This document shows positions 31,620-44,258 of a stretch of DNA of 64,000 bases, one piece after another. The stretch lies in NCBI GenBank assembly GCA_020891255.1, contig BQFW01000009.1, forward strand, positions 1,426,001 through 1,490,000, written 5' to 3'. The stretch's first letter is position 1, and each line of letters opens with the position of its first letter. Made by a program: the position numbers and the translations under genes. The notes below the pieces were generated by a model. It did no database searches and had not been told where the DNA came from. It worked only from the letters and a program-made list of their open reading frames with translations. The stretch is from Entomortierella parvispora E1425 (taxonomy: Eukaryota > Fungi > Mortierellomycota).

Positions 31620-32538
31620 ATGGCTCAGCGTCTCACTTACCGCCGCCGTTTGTCGTACAACACCAAGTCCAACAGGACTCGCGTCGTCAAGACCCCCGGT
31701 GGTCGCTTGACTTGGCTCTATGAGAAGAAGCCCGGTACCGCCCCCAAGTGCGGTGACTGCGGTGTCGCTCTTCCCGGTGTAAGTCAAGCTCTACATTGGA
31801 TTCTCGATAAACAGGACACCTCGGAGAGCGAGAGGACAGATATATTCCTCTTCAGCGAGTGGCAAGGAATGGAGGAATGCAGGTTGCAGGAGAAAGAGTT
31901 AGGATTCATAGAGTTTTTCAGCAATGTGCAGGATCAGCCTGCAGAAACCAAAGAAACCAGTGGCGCATCGACGATTGCGAGATCGGAGAGACCATTCATT
32001 GTCTGAAGGTCTTGTGCCGATGCAGGCTTCAATCTCGAAGCCGGGATCAACCTATTCAGTAATCTACCACAGGCAGCATAGCGCTCCAGCAGAAACACCG
32101 TAAAGGGAGTCAACTCTCTGCCTATCACTATTTACGGGGCAGATCAGACAGCACCACAACAACTTCAGTCTTCATCCTAGAACCTGGGAGTGGCCACTTT
32201 CATCTTGCACCTCTCTGCGAAAACTCTTTGATCTGGATAAGGGGTTGATCGTGGACCCAGCAACCGAGCAGACACTTATTACTTCTTGCTTTTGGAACCA
32301 TTGAACTGACAAACGAAATTCTCTTCTCTCTCTTTAGGTCCCTGCTCTCCGCCCCACCGAGTACGCTCGCATCTCCCGCCGCCAGAAGACCGTTAACCGT
32401 GCCTATGGTGGTTCCCGTTGCGCCAACTGCGTCCGTGACAGAATCGTCCGCGCTTTCTTGATCGAGGAGCAGAAGATCGTCAAGAAGGTCATCAAGGCCC
32501 AGGCCAAGTCCGCCAAGCCCGTCAAGGCCTCCAAGTAA
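31620..32538 (+). CDS. RPL34: 60S ribosomal protein L34 (eL34)
   Basis: [38 protein letters not shown]|[34 protein letters not shown]. Intron 31779-32337. Confidence 0.97.
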
Positions 32539-33372
32539 AAATCTCTTAGATTTTACACTTTCGGTATTTTTCTTTCTCTCAACATAATCCAAGGAGGACC
32601 GTTATATAATCCATGGACATTAAAAGAAAAAGAAGAATATCCGATGGATAACTTGGAAAAAAAACTATATGATTTGTTTGAACAGCTGTTGGGGTTTGTA
32701 GGTTTAGAGAACTGGGGGAGGCAATTGAGAAGAAATGGGGTATTTTAGGAGACGTTGGAAGCTGTGAGGGGAGTTGGGAAACTGATGAGCGAGAAGGGGA
32801 GGGTAGGAATGACAATACAGCTCGCACAGCAGCCAACAGGGACGATTGATAGTCTACGCGTTGCCATTGACTTGAGTTGTGAAAAGAAGATCTATTCTCA
32901 ATCGCGCAGATCGCAGCCTGTCAGGGCCGCTCTGTTGCTTTGAAATGAGAGAAGAGGTGCTTTCTATTGGTGCAACGGGATGCTGTCAGGGCAGCAAAGA
33001 GCCAGCAAGAACTCTGTTGCTCTCAACCGGCCCGTAGCAGAGACGGAGAGAGAGAGGAAAGAAGGGAAAAAAGAACGCACCAGAAGGATAAAAGGGCTCC
33101 CCTCCTCTCCCACCCTCGTCCTCTTCTGGGACACAGCAATCGAATCTCTCTCCATCTCTCCCATTCATTCCACCATCTCGTACCCTAGACCTCGCCGCCT
33201 TTGACCGACTCCCCCCCCCAGCGACCTCTAAGACTTCGAGGATATAAAACTCAGATCCAGGCACTAGACCAGACGCGCTAGGACCCTTAGCACCAAAACG
33301 ACAAAAAAAGCCAGTCCAAAGAGAACCACGATCCTCCTGCCTTTCACTACATAGTCCAAGTCCTTACCAAGG

Positions 33373-34620
33373 ATGACCTCCCAGCTTGAAGCCAGCACTC
33401 CTGTACAAGTTCATGGCCTTCCTCAGCCGTCAGACAGGTTCCCTTATCGCTACCGAAATCAGGCACCACTGATCCTCCGACAGATCGTTCCTAACAAAGT
33501 CCTGGATCAATGGTCCAACGATCCAGATCATGTCGTCCAGTCCCTGAACCAGCAATACACGGGCAAGGAGGAGACTCGGGGACAGATCGATACTATGGTG
33601 CAGGTCCTGGACAAAGCCATCGACGGTCTGGCCATCTGTGGCATCCCTGATCTGAGCAAGGAGGCAGCAGGATCGGGGGCGACTGCGCCAGAGGAGAGCT
33701 CTCCCGCAACAAAAATAGCGGAAGGAACAGGAGCGGCCAATACAGTGAACATGGAAGAGGCGGCTCTTACGCTGATGACACCGCCTTCCTCTCCACCACC
33801 CACACCCCTCTTGACAGTCATGGTGGCCGAAGATACCAAGAACTTTATGGACAACCCTCAGTTCACGAAAAAGATTGAGATGTCAGCCAAGGAGATTGCC
33901 GATCGCGTCTTGTTGACCCCTCGCTCCACCCCTCCCTCCTCTTGCCCGTTGTGCGATTCTCATACCCAAAATACCCGCCACCCCAACCACGACGCCAGCA
34001 ATGTTCACCCTGATCTCCTTAACGGCTTACCCAAGGACGATCGATTCTACTATCGAGGAAAAGTGCCACCGTCTCTTTATTCGGACCTTCAGATCCCAGC
34101 GCTTCTGGATTCACTTTCGCTACCTAAAGAATCCACCTCCTTTGCAAATGCTCCCAACAAGGATCTGATGCGGATCTGGATCTCCCTTGCGGGAGCCACT
34201 ACGCCTTTACATTACGACAAGTGTCATGGGATCCTGATCCAGGTCGTGGGCCGGAAACGATTTGTGGTCTTTTCTCATGAGGATACCAACCTTTTATACC
34301 CATATGACGGTCTTTCAGGACCACGTCATGCCAGCAAAGTCCGGGGTCTAGGACATTGTTTCCCTTTCAAGGATCAAGCAAAGGCGGAGGGTCAGAAGTC
34401 CCATTTGAAGGAAAACGAGGAAAAGTTGCTGGAGAGATGGCCAAGGGTCAGTAAAGTAGCGGCGGCTTGGGTGATAGATCTGGAGCCAGGCGATGCTTTG
34501 TATACCCCACCTGGATTCTGGCATGAGGTGACGAGTGTAGATCACTCCGTGAGTGTCACGGTCGCCTGGGATATGGACAAGAACGAGATTCAGGAAGTGC
34601 CTCCACACATGGCCTTCTAG
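33373..34620 (+). CDS. JmjC/cupin-8 2-oxoglutarate/Fe(II) oxygenase
   Basis: TTPLHYD (HxD), QVVGRKRF, LEPGDALYTPPGFWHEV (distal His). Confidence 0.88.
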   Translation: MTSQLEASTPVQVHGLPQPSDRFPYRYRNQAPLILRQIVPNKVLDQWSNDPDHVVQSLNQQYTGKEETRGQIDTMVQVLDKAIDGLAICGIPDLSKEAAGSGATAPEESSPATKIAEGTGAANTVNMEEAALTLMTPPSSPPPTPLLTVMVAEDTKNFMDNPQFTKKIEMSAKEIADRVLLTPRSTPPSSCPLCDSHTQNTRHPNHDASNVHPDLLNGLPKDDRFYYRGKVPPSLYSDLQIPALLDSLSLPKESTSFANAPNKDLMRIWISLAGATTPLHYDKCHGILIQVVGRKRFVVFSHEDTNLLYPYDGLSGPRHASKVRGLGHCFPFKDQAKAEGQKSHLKENEEKLLERWPRVSKVAAAWVIDLEPGDALYTPPGFWHEVTSVDHSVSVTVAWDMDKNEIQEVPPHMAF

Positions 34621-35018
34621 GAAACTATCTACTATTGTGACAAAGCAATTCAAAGTATATAAAGTACTTCTTCACTCTCTGTCGATTCCTGTACATATGG
34701 TCTGCTGGTCTCGTTGGTGCTCTGGCGTCTCCACGCGACCTTTTGTGCCACCTTCCTACGGCTTCAAAGAAAAGAAAAAATCAGGCAGACTGAGTGACTG
34801 TCAAATTAATTGGAGTAAACAAAGCTTTTTTTTCTTTTTTTTTGTGCCTCGTTTGTCGCAGGGTCGGTTGGTCTGCTTTGAAGGTCATTCATTGTTCTTT
34901 TGCCTTTGCTACATTTCAGTCATCCCCATCATCCCCATCGTCAAAGATACCCCTCCTTTGAGCTCACATCGACTCAGTCTCATTTCATTTCATTTATATA
35001 TATATACATTCAACCAAC

Positions 35019-36312
35019 ATGGTCAAAGTACAGGAAATGGGCTTGCCCCGCGACTCACTCGAGAGACGTCGTGGCGGACGTGGTGGCCCCGCCCCTCGTC
35101 GTGACCGGAAAGAGGACGGCGAGCGTGTGCCAAAGCGTATCAACAACGACTACAACAGCAATTTCAAGAGCGGCGGTGGACGTGTTGACAAGAAGGGCAG
35201 TGATAACACTCCTCAACATCGCAAAAAGACTGGATTCAACCCCATGTCCAAAGCCCACATGGGTTCCGACGCTTACAAAGGACATGGTAAGTACCCTTTT
35301 TGCACCCCATCTTTCAACAGGGGCTTCACTTGGTCTTATTATTGTACTTCAGAAAGTAGAATACTGACTTGCTTTTACCCCTCTCACATCCTTTAGCCAA
35401 GAAGCTCAAGGCAGAGTTGATTCATAAGGCTAAGGTCAAGAAGGACTATGCCAAGGTTTTGAAGCAGGAAGAGGACAACACCCCCGAGTTCTACAAGAAG
35501 GTAGGGAAGATACAGAACGATGATCTTACGACAGGAACTAATTAACCAAAGCAACCTCCATTGTACGACTGAGAGACTAATCTCGATTCTTACCATCTAC
35601 ACTAGATTTTTGGAGAGAAGACGATCGATGACGAGGGAAACATTGTTGAATACAAGAATGGTGACGAGGAGGAAGGCGATGAAGATGAAGATATGAGCGG
35701 AAGCGAGAACGATGAGGAGGAGCAGGAAGACGACAAGGAGGAGGAGGAAGAAGAAGAGGAAAAGCCCGCCAAGAAGGGAAAGAAAGATACCAAGGCTGGA
35801 AAGCAGGACGATGGAACATTCAAGAGAGCTGCCAAGCCTAACCCTTTCAAGGCCGCGATCGAGAAGCGCGAGGCCGAGAAGAAGGCTATCCAGGCTGAAC
35901 GTGAGGTAACAAGGCCTTTTTTTTTTTTTTTTTTTTTTTTTGTTTGTTGCGTGTGTGCAGGGCAGTGAGGCGGATCAATTTTTTTCGGATCAATCATCCT
36001 GACTTTTGCTCCCTCCTTTTTTTATAAATACAGCGTGTCTTGAGAGCCAAGGCAGATGCTCGCAAGGGTCGTGAAGCTTACTATGCCAACCGTGAAAAGA
36101 CGACACAAAAGATGCGGGAAAAGACTTCAAAGGGTCAGCCCGTTTTGGCCAACCAGATCAAGATGATGTTGGGCAAGATCAAGGAGGATGTCAAGGAGAA
36201 CAAGACCCGTGCTCCTGTTCAACGGTGGGGCGGTCGTGGTGGTCGCAAGAACGCTGGCCGTGGAACGACACGTGGTACCAAGAAGGGAACTTCCAGTGCC
36301 CATCGCGATTAG
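35019..36312 (+). CDS. FYV7: FYV7-like rRNA-processing protein, multi-exon
   Basis: KKLKAELIHKAKVKKDYAK, an acidic stretch, and C-terminal KTSKGQPVLANQIKMMLGKIK. Confidence 0.7.
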
Positions 36313-36459
36313 AAAAAAACAACTTTGCATATTAAATCATTTTTTCTGGAAAAACTGTACAAAAAACTTGTTTATTTGTTCATTTAGAAGGTGGTGTTGG
36401 TACATTGGTGTTCGCGAGGTATAGTTTCATCCCATGGTCTAGATGGCATCGTTTCTCCT

Positions 36460-38932
36460 TCAAGTTGATTTTTCCCAAGGAGAGAGTGTGGGGAACCGCG
36501 CATCCATGAAATTATGGTAAATGTCTTTAACCCTTTGGACAATTAAATTGGAGTCGGGCAGGTCGTCGTTTGTACACAAGTACGTGATGGTGTTCCTCCG
36601 GCGCATCATACCGTCCAAGACCCTTTGAGATTGCAACCCATCCGTCATCATAACAAACTGGAATTCCGAATTGGCCACAACATGACTGTACTTTGCTATA
36701 TCTTGCGCCACCTCCTTGAACTCTTTGGACTCCTGATCCTCTGGCATCAGGTCACCCAATCCAGGATTCTCGCTCTCTTGTCTCAGGATATGCAGCAGAC
36801 AATCACCGCAATGGAACTCTGTAAAAGCCAGACGTTCAAAAAGCGTAGATGTCGATCCGTCCTTGGATTTTTTGGTAATCGTCGGCGCGTCAATGTACTC
36901 GATAGTGCTGTTGGTAAAATCAGGTCCAAGACAGAAATCAAAGTTGAATTCGCAGAAACGACGTGCCGGACTCGTGGAAGGGTGGTATGGCCGGTAAAGA
37001 CGCTGGTCGTTGGAGGCTCTACTCAGGTCGCTCTTCATGATCATGAAGGGGTAACCATCCCGTCCGGATAATTGGTACTTGCTCTCTTGTGAGAAAGGAA
37101 TCCCGACCTGCTCAAAGACCTTTTCAATATCCTCCAGTGCGCTGACAAACTCTGAAGAGTACGAGACTCGTTTCGAAGAAGAGACCTGCTCCTGGGTTGC
37201 GCGGTACCGATCGACGATTTGGATCAAGGACGCTCGCTCGCTCCAATCCAATCTTCCATCCCGGTTCTTGTCCAGTCGGTATCGCCAATAAGAGCTCAGG
37301 AGAGTCTCGCGATGTCGCTCCAAGACATAGTGGGCCATCATGAACGAAACTTGAATCTCTCGTGCCTCACCTTCGCCACGGAAACGATGCGAGGACGTCT
37401 TTTTAAACTCCTCGGGCCATATGGATTGCATCTCGTCCAAGATGGGTCCACTAAGGATATGAGGGATATGTTCAACATAAGCTCGGTGGCGACTTCCAAA
37501 GTGTTGCGAAAGTAGATAGTTGGAATGTCGCAGGGATTGTGCTTCTCCAATGACGGTCTCGCCTGGCTTCAGGAGGTTGGGTTCAGTTGGTGCGACTGGA
37601 GAAAAGGTGTTGAAGTGAAAGACGAATCCATACTGTGGTGTCCAAAAGTCGCCAGGGCCCAATGGTTTCCCAAAGAAGACATCGTCGTTCAAGTAGACAA
37701 ACTAAGTGGAAGAGCATTAAGAATCAGCACGTTAGAAGGCAAATAAAGAAGGGAAAAGAGCTCCGAGGAAAGATGCGATTGGAGGAGGAGCAGTGCTCTT
37801 TCGTGTGACCATCCAAGATTTTTTTTCTTTTTTTTCTTGCGTTTTTCACTGGTCCGTTTGTTGTTCCCAAAAAATATCCTCAGTTGCACAGAAGCCCATC
37901 TTGGGAACATGCAAACAGTCCATCACCCGTTCTGCCTCGGATAAAGTCCACAGGACCAGAACTTTCCCGTTCGAGGTCAGGAGAGGAAAGCAACAAGGGG
38001 GTGCAAGGGGATAACTGGGGAGAGCGGATCAAAGGAGGGACACTTACAATATCTGCAAGATCTGGCACATGGTGCATTTGACTCTCGATCGCCAGACTGT
38101 TGAACGTTGGCAAGACTTCAGGGTCATCAAAGATGTACTTGTGAGGTACTAACTCTAACCTGTCGTCGATCTCTTCGTCGTCTGTTGTAGCTCCGTTTGT
38201 CTTTTGCTTCATCCAAATAGGTGCCTGTCCATAACGGGCCTTGCTTCCATCCTCTCGATCCTCTACGACCTCGGTCGTCAGCAGGTGAATCTTTCGGAAT
38301 AATTGTCCAGCATTCTCACCTACAGATCGCATCGAATACCGCAACTCATCTAGGTCCCGGAACCGATTAGCGGTTTCGTCCCCTTTGCTGGTGATGCGTG
38401 GATCAATAGGTTCTGGACCTCGTTTCCTCCCTGGCAGGCCGGCGTTGATTGCCCGAGGTACGAGCTTGAAAAGAGGACTTTTGGATTTGTAAGATTCCTT
38501 CATGGCCCTCAGTCCTGGTTCTGTTCCATTGACCCAGGTGTATATGAGGTCCATGGTGGGCTGAGTGCGATCCTTAAAGTCGTCGGGGTTGATCTCTTGC
38601 CGTGCAATCCAGGCCAGCTGCCAGGCTGGCAACGGTGCGGGGGGTTGCCTCCGATGTCTCAAAGCAGGTCGACCCTGACCCCGACCAGTACTGCTGTAGG
38701 AACTGGAAAAGTTGTAGGGTCGACGATAGACTTGTGAGGATGGGGGAGCGGGCCCCACCAGTTGGTTTCCTGTTTGTGTGAAGATGATGATGTTGATGAA
38801 AATACAAAAGACGAAGAGGCCAATGCTGATCTCCTTGAGGCTTTCGCGGAAACTGGCAGGTGGAGGTGCCATTTTGATCTCTGTACGTGGTTGTTTCCTC
38901 CGAGCGTGTGGTAGTGGCTGTGCGACGGCCAT
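36460..38932 (-). CDS. Stealth-family hexose/xylose-phosphate transferase (Xpt1/GNPTAB-like), type II membrane
   Basis: N-terminal TM segment, CR1 DLIYTWVNG, NRFRDLDELRYSMRS, CR2 PTFNSLAIESQMH..FVYLNDDVFFG, CR4 LCTNDD. Intron 37702-38047. Confidence 0.88.
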
Positions 38933-39269
38933 GTTGGCGGTTCGAAGTCGAGGGAGGGAAGAAAGGTGGGGAGAGGAGCGAGGGAAGTGCAGTAAGAGAA
39001 GAGAAGAGAGGAGAAGAAGAGAGATAGAGAGACAGAGAGATGGGGAGATGGGGAGAAGGGGAGAAAGAGAAAGAAAACGGAAAAATGAATTTGGTGGCGA
39101 AAGAGTGGAGTGCGAATTAGAGTGGACCAGGGGGATAAGGAGAAAAGAAAGGAAGGAGGACGGATCTTCTTTGTCGTGTGCTTTCTGAATGGGTGGTGGT
39201 GGTGTGTGTCTGCTGCTGTGCCCAATGATCTTGACTCTCGCACGCCGCTCTTTTCTTTTCTTTCTTTTC

Positions 39270-39272
<3 letters not shown>

Positions 39273-39311
<39 letters not shown>
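39273..39311. repeat. (AC)n microsatellite
   Basis: Uninterrupted AC run upstream of the Stealth gene. Confidence 0.95.
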
Positions 39312-39316
<5 letters not shown>

Positions 39317-39783
39317 GATAAACATCGTCTGCTGGTCGTTTCTCTTTCTCTGTTTGTTTTTTTGTGTTCAGGTGCAGCGACCACCAAACCTTGCTTAATG
39401 TTCTCGACCTTCCATTGATGTACCCTCTCGCTCGCCCTCTCTCCGCCCCGGTGCTCCTGGTTGGGAAGGTTGACCCGGGAGATGGTCTAATTTCTGCTCA
39501 CTTTTTAGACTTTGCTTGTGCTGCACAAGTCTATTCTTCTCCTTTCCTGGTTGCGCCCAGAGTCCGCAGTGTCCCTCCAACTGCCCGGAGATGGAGATGC
39601 CTCATCCAGCGCTGATGCATTCCCAACACAAAGAGATGATGGTTGTTTCTGGTCATCGTTAACCTTTTCACCAGTTGCTACCGTGCCCTGACTTGATATG
39701 AAAGCACCGCATCATTACGAACGTCTCTCTGTGCTCGTGTGCTCGTGTGCGCGTGTGTGCGTGGTGTGTGTGTGTGTGTTTTT

Positions 39784-39813
<30 letters not shown>

Positions 39814-39814
<1 letters not shown>

Positions 39815-41610
39815 CATGTATTGCCGCCAAACAACGCCTCCGATATATAATCCTTGATAGCTGGATGATTCTCTCTCAGCCAGTTCGCAGCATCTTCTTC
39901 AAACATAAACACCTGGAGATACGACAACTTGGGCATCACTTGCTCCACTACATATTTGATCTGGGCCAATGTGACCTTTTGTGGTCCATAAGGCAGCTCG
40001 AGACGATCCAGCTGGAGCGGTAGGCTGTTCCACGGTGTCAGCATTGGGTCCACAAACGCGTCGACGGTTGCGTTTATACCCGTAATCTCGACCACCTCCA
40101 CTTGCTTAAAGCTCCATAGCCAAAGTCGCAGATTGGTACTGTCCACCACGGAAGAAAAAAGATCAATGTGGCCAAACTTTAGGATCTTGACACGATCACG
40201 ACAAGGCCATTGAGCAGATTCTTCAGCCGTGAAGAAATCATTCATGACATAGTATGTAAAGGGAACTTGAACCTCTTCCAGTGAAGGAGCAGATCGAAAA
40301 AACCGCTGGATACTCCTATAATTGACCACAACTTCCCCTGAACACTGTCTCGTCTTGTTCATCCGAAGATGCTTGAGCGACATGATCGACGGAGAAGTTG
40401 CAATGATGTCCAAAAAGTCTCCTGGCACATCTTCACGACTCAAAAGATCCAGCGTCTCCAAACACAGTGCTGGACACGAGCCGAGTTGCCGCCACCCACT
40501 CAAGGTGGACATATCTGGCCGTGTATACGCGTTCATGGAAAAGTAGCGGATCTGTGTATTCTCTTTGATGCTAAGCCCTCCAATGGAGGTATCCCACTTT
40601 GGTTTTTTCTCGAGCGCAGTGGCAATTTTCTGAATAGACTCTTCCTGGAAGCAAAGGTGGACCAAGTGTGGCAGTCGAGAGAGCAGTCGAGTCAAGTTTG
40701 CGTCCTCCTTGCTAAAATCTGGCTCTGTCGAGTGAAGGGCCAGCTTATAAAGTCCAATGGGTTGACTCTGTCTCTGAGATATAAGCAAAGACCGAGGGTT
40801 GTCAGCGGCATCCAGAATGTCTGAGTTAATCCTTGGTCCGGGCTCATCAGGGACAATCCGAAGTTGCAGCGCCAAAAACTCTCCGATACAAGGACACGAT
40901 TCCAGAAATTGGTAAAGAACTTCCCATGAAACATCCAAAGGGTCACTGTGTCCTGACCACCCCGTAGGGATATCGTTCAATTGAAAAACAACGAGCCCCT
41001 GAAGATGTCCCTCCAAGGCCGCCCTTGTCATCCAGGGCATCAAAACCAAAGCAGAGTTGTATGGTAGCGAGAATGAAATCTTCCGAAGAGTGCTGGAAAG
41101 AAACGCGTTGGGCTGTCGCCTAGGAATTAAATGAAAACCATCCTGGCTCCCGTTCCTGAAAAATCCAGTTCTTCCAGGGATGAAAGGATGACCCTCTGTT
41201 GATCGAGCCTCGATTTGTTGCATCGTCTTCTGTCTCAGACCCATAAAGTGCTTCAAAAAGGTCTGCCACCGAAACTCGATTAATCTCAACTCCAGTACTT
41301 CCAAGTGTGTGCAATAAACGCGAGCACTATCCATGGCCTCCTGGTGTCTCCCATATCTTAAAACGATGCCAAGCCATTGACGCACGAGGTGACCATTTCG
41401 TTCAAAGGTGGAAGGGAAGGGCGATAATCGTCCTGTGCTGATCGCGTTCCAGAGTCGCGGGGACCACAATGAATGGAATGCTTGGGAGACACGACAGCAG
41501 ACAGCAAGATCATTTTGGGACAGATGTGCCTGGAGCATGTCACAAAGCTCAGGCAGGTCCATCACACGTTGCCAGGCGGGGATGAATTCCTGTTCCTGCT
41601 GATCCTGCAT
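39814..41610 (-). CDS. F-box/LRR-like protein (598 aa)
   Basis: VMDLPELCDMLQAHLSQNDLAVCCRVSQAFHSLWSPRLW F-box-like motif, LRR-like segments and QWPCRDRVKIL. Confidence 0.8.
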
Positions 41611-42360
41611 GGCGTTGGCGTCAGATGGCTGAGAATGATTGTTTCCACATGCACCCTGCGCCCTCTGAGGTCTGAGGGCTTTGCCAGCGTGACCAGTACA
41701 CGTGACTTTTTGCGCAGCAGCGATGTGTGTGTGTTGCTGGCGTCTTCAACGGTCTCTTTCGCGTTGCAAACCTGATGATGATTCATGAAGGATGGCTGTT
41801 CACATTCAAAATATTGAATCTAGAACCCTCTTTGTAATCCGATCGCACTAGAGGAGACACGCAATATCATTTTCTGTCAATTTGTTTGGTGTTGCTTTCA
41901 GATTTGCCTTTCAATGTATTTTTCTGCTTGAGCTTCAAAACTTACCCAAGGAAGCGGTTATCCGCGAGCAATGAATTTTACTTTCCCAGGATGAAACTGG
42001 TTGTTCCTGTATGCCTCTGACCTGTGCGAGGACGGAGAAATGAAGAACGCTTTAAAGTCCTTTGTTTGCTCCCTGTCTGTTGTCAAAACACCAAACAATA
42101 AACGCAACAGACTGGCGGCACTGCTGTTCTTGTTTCATCTTCGGAGCAATTGTACGTGTGGGAGTGTGTTTTTGGACTTTTGTTGTTCCTCTTTTCTCTC
42201 TCTTGAAAAGTCCCCCCAAAAAAAAAAAGCAAAATACAGGTTTGCACTCTTTTGTGTCCAAGCAAATCTGACTTAAAGAGTGGCGATCCTATCAGGCTGA
42301 GGTCTTGTTTCTCGGTGTTAGCATTCCGCCGGAAGACACAGTACTATTTGTACATACGTA

Positions 42361-42408
42361 CACCCTACACGTCCTCCACCCTGCACGTCCTCCATCCTAC
42401 GCGTCCTC
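42361..42408. repeat. 3 x 16-bp imperfect tandem repeat (CACCCTACACGTCCTC)
   Basis: CACCCTACACGTCCTC / CACCCTGCACGTCCTC / CATCCTACGCGTCCTC. Confidence 0.8.
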
Positions 42409-43615
42409 ACCAATGACGCCATGCTCAACAAATGCCTAAACGTGGAGTGGATTCTCCACTCTGGCTTCTGTGCCTTTAAATTCAAACGACCACTTGTCTT
42501 GACCTAGCGCTATTTCTGTTGTAGGAGAGCCAAAGCTTGCGTTACACCTATCTTCCGCTCCAGTGCCAGCCGCTGCGCCGTGGGCTATTATGGGGGGGTA
42601 TTTCATGCGGGTACTTGAGGCGGGATGCAGTTTCTTGGCGTTGGCGTCGTTGTTGGCCCGTGAGGTGGGGCGGAACCTCAATAGATCCCTTGCAGATTTC
42701 CTGCTTCCTTCATTTCAATTTGGCAAATAAAGAGGAGCAAGGGTGGTTCTTTCTTTCGTCCATTGGCCCACACAGGCAGACTTTCCCGAAGGTGGTTCCT
42801 CTATCTCGGCATGCAACGCAGAGATGCAGTCTCGAAAAGGAAGCTTACACCGTAGTTTGATCCTAGGCACCCGCTTCCCCCAATGATCAGGGACCTGGCA
42901 CTCTGCTTAAAAGTCGACAAGCTCAGTTGGATCGACTTTGCAACTCAATAAAGATCATCGTGTCCTCTTCAGATGAGTTCGTGCGAGGGGCCGCCCGTCT
43001 CTGACCGGAGTGATGTTTGTTCGGAGAGCGCTCCGTGCTGGGTTTGCTTGCCTTTTTTGGCCGCGAAAAATGTTTAATTTTTTCGGTCCATTGCACGACG
43101 GACACACCACCGGACAAACGAAAGGCAAAGTCGACACATTTTCTCAAGGGGGTTGGTTGGTTGGTTGGTTGGATGGATGGAGGACAAGTATCATAAACTT
43201 AGAGTGCCTTTCATCCCAAATCCAAGTGAGCATGTTGGGTCTATGTCCGAAGTGCTGCAGGGGAAACTACTCTCTCGGTTGTCTTTTCTCCCCCTATCTA
43301 TTGTCTGTGCCAAGGGGTCAAAGACTCACAGTGCCACCATGACACGGGAAGGAAAGCCGCCACGTTTGACGGTGTTATCATGGGATAATCCAAAACAAAA
43401 GGTGCACAGAGAGAAGCGACACCAAGAACCGGAAATATTAAGGTGGCAAACCGGTTTTTTGCAATTTTGCTCAATCGTTTCAATTGCTCTTTCGGAGATG
43501 ATTCCAGGGCCTGGTTCTTGCCACACCGACATTTAACAGGGGTGAACTGCGGGTCTAGTGGATGGAGTACAGTAACATCAAAAGGAGGCTCAAGAACCCC
43601 AATGGTCGCAGCAGG

Positions 43616-43671
43616 CTGGCGATAAACGACACAAACACACAGACTGGCGATAAACGACACAGACACACAGA
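43616..43671. repeat. 2 x 28-bp direct repeat upstream of the ABCB gene
   Basis: CTGGCGATAAACGACACA(A/G)ACACACAGA twice, one mismatch. Confidence 0.85.
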
Positions 43672-44258
43672 CATGGAATCAGACCGGGAGTCAAATGAAC
43701 CAACGGCGCTCAACAATAAGCTCGTGGCGATATAAATACCCTGTGGGCCAAGGTGTGTGCGCACCCTTTTCCCCTCTCCCTCTCGGCCCTCCTTCTTTGT
43801 CTCTTTCTTTTTTTTTGTTTCTTTATTTCCTTATCCTTCGCCTCCGTCCCTCCGCTTGTCTCGTCCCCGGCAATCCTCGGAAACCGTCGTCCTCACTCTC
43901 TGATCCACCCTTGCCATCATCCTCCCCGGCGCAGTCGGCTCTCTCTCCTCTGTGTGCCTTGCATGCTTGCTTGCTGTACAGACTGATCCCGCTACGCCGA
44001 CATCCTTTTTTTTTACCTTTCTTGGCTTCGTTGTTTCCTCTCGAGGTGAACACTGTCAGCTTCGCCATCCCTTCATCCTTTGATCCTCGAAAACTGATAT
44101 ATATCGTCGAGGGTTCCCTCCAACTGCCTGCCAACGATCAACAGAAAAAGACACGCACCATCAACACACAAGCTTAATTCACACAAACACAAACACGCTC
44201 AACACTCACCTCTTCTCCACCTCCACTCCACTCTCCTTGCTCCCGCAATACCTCCACC

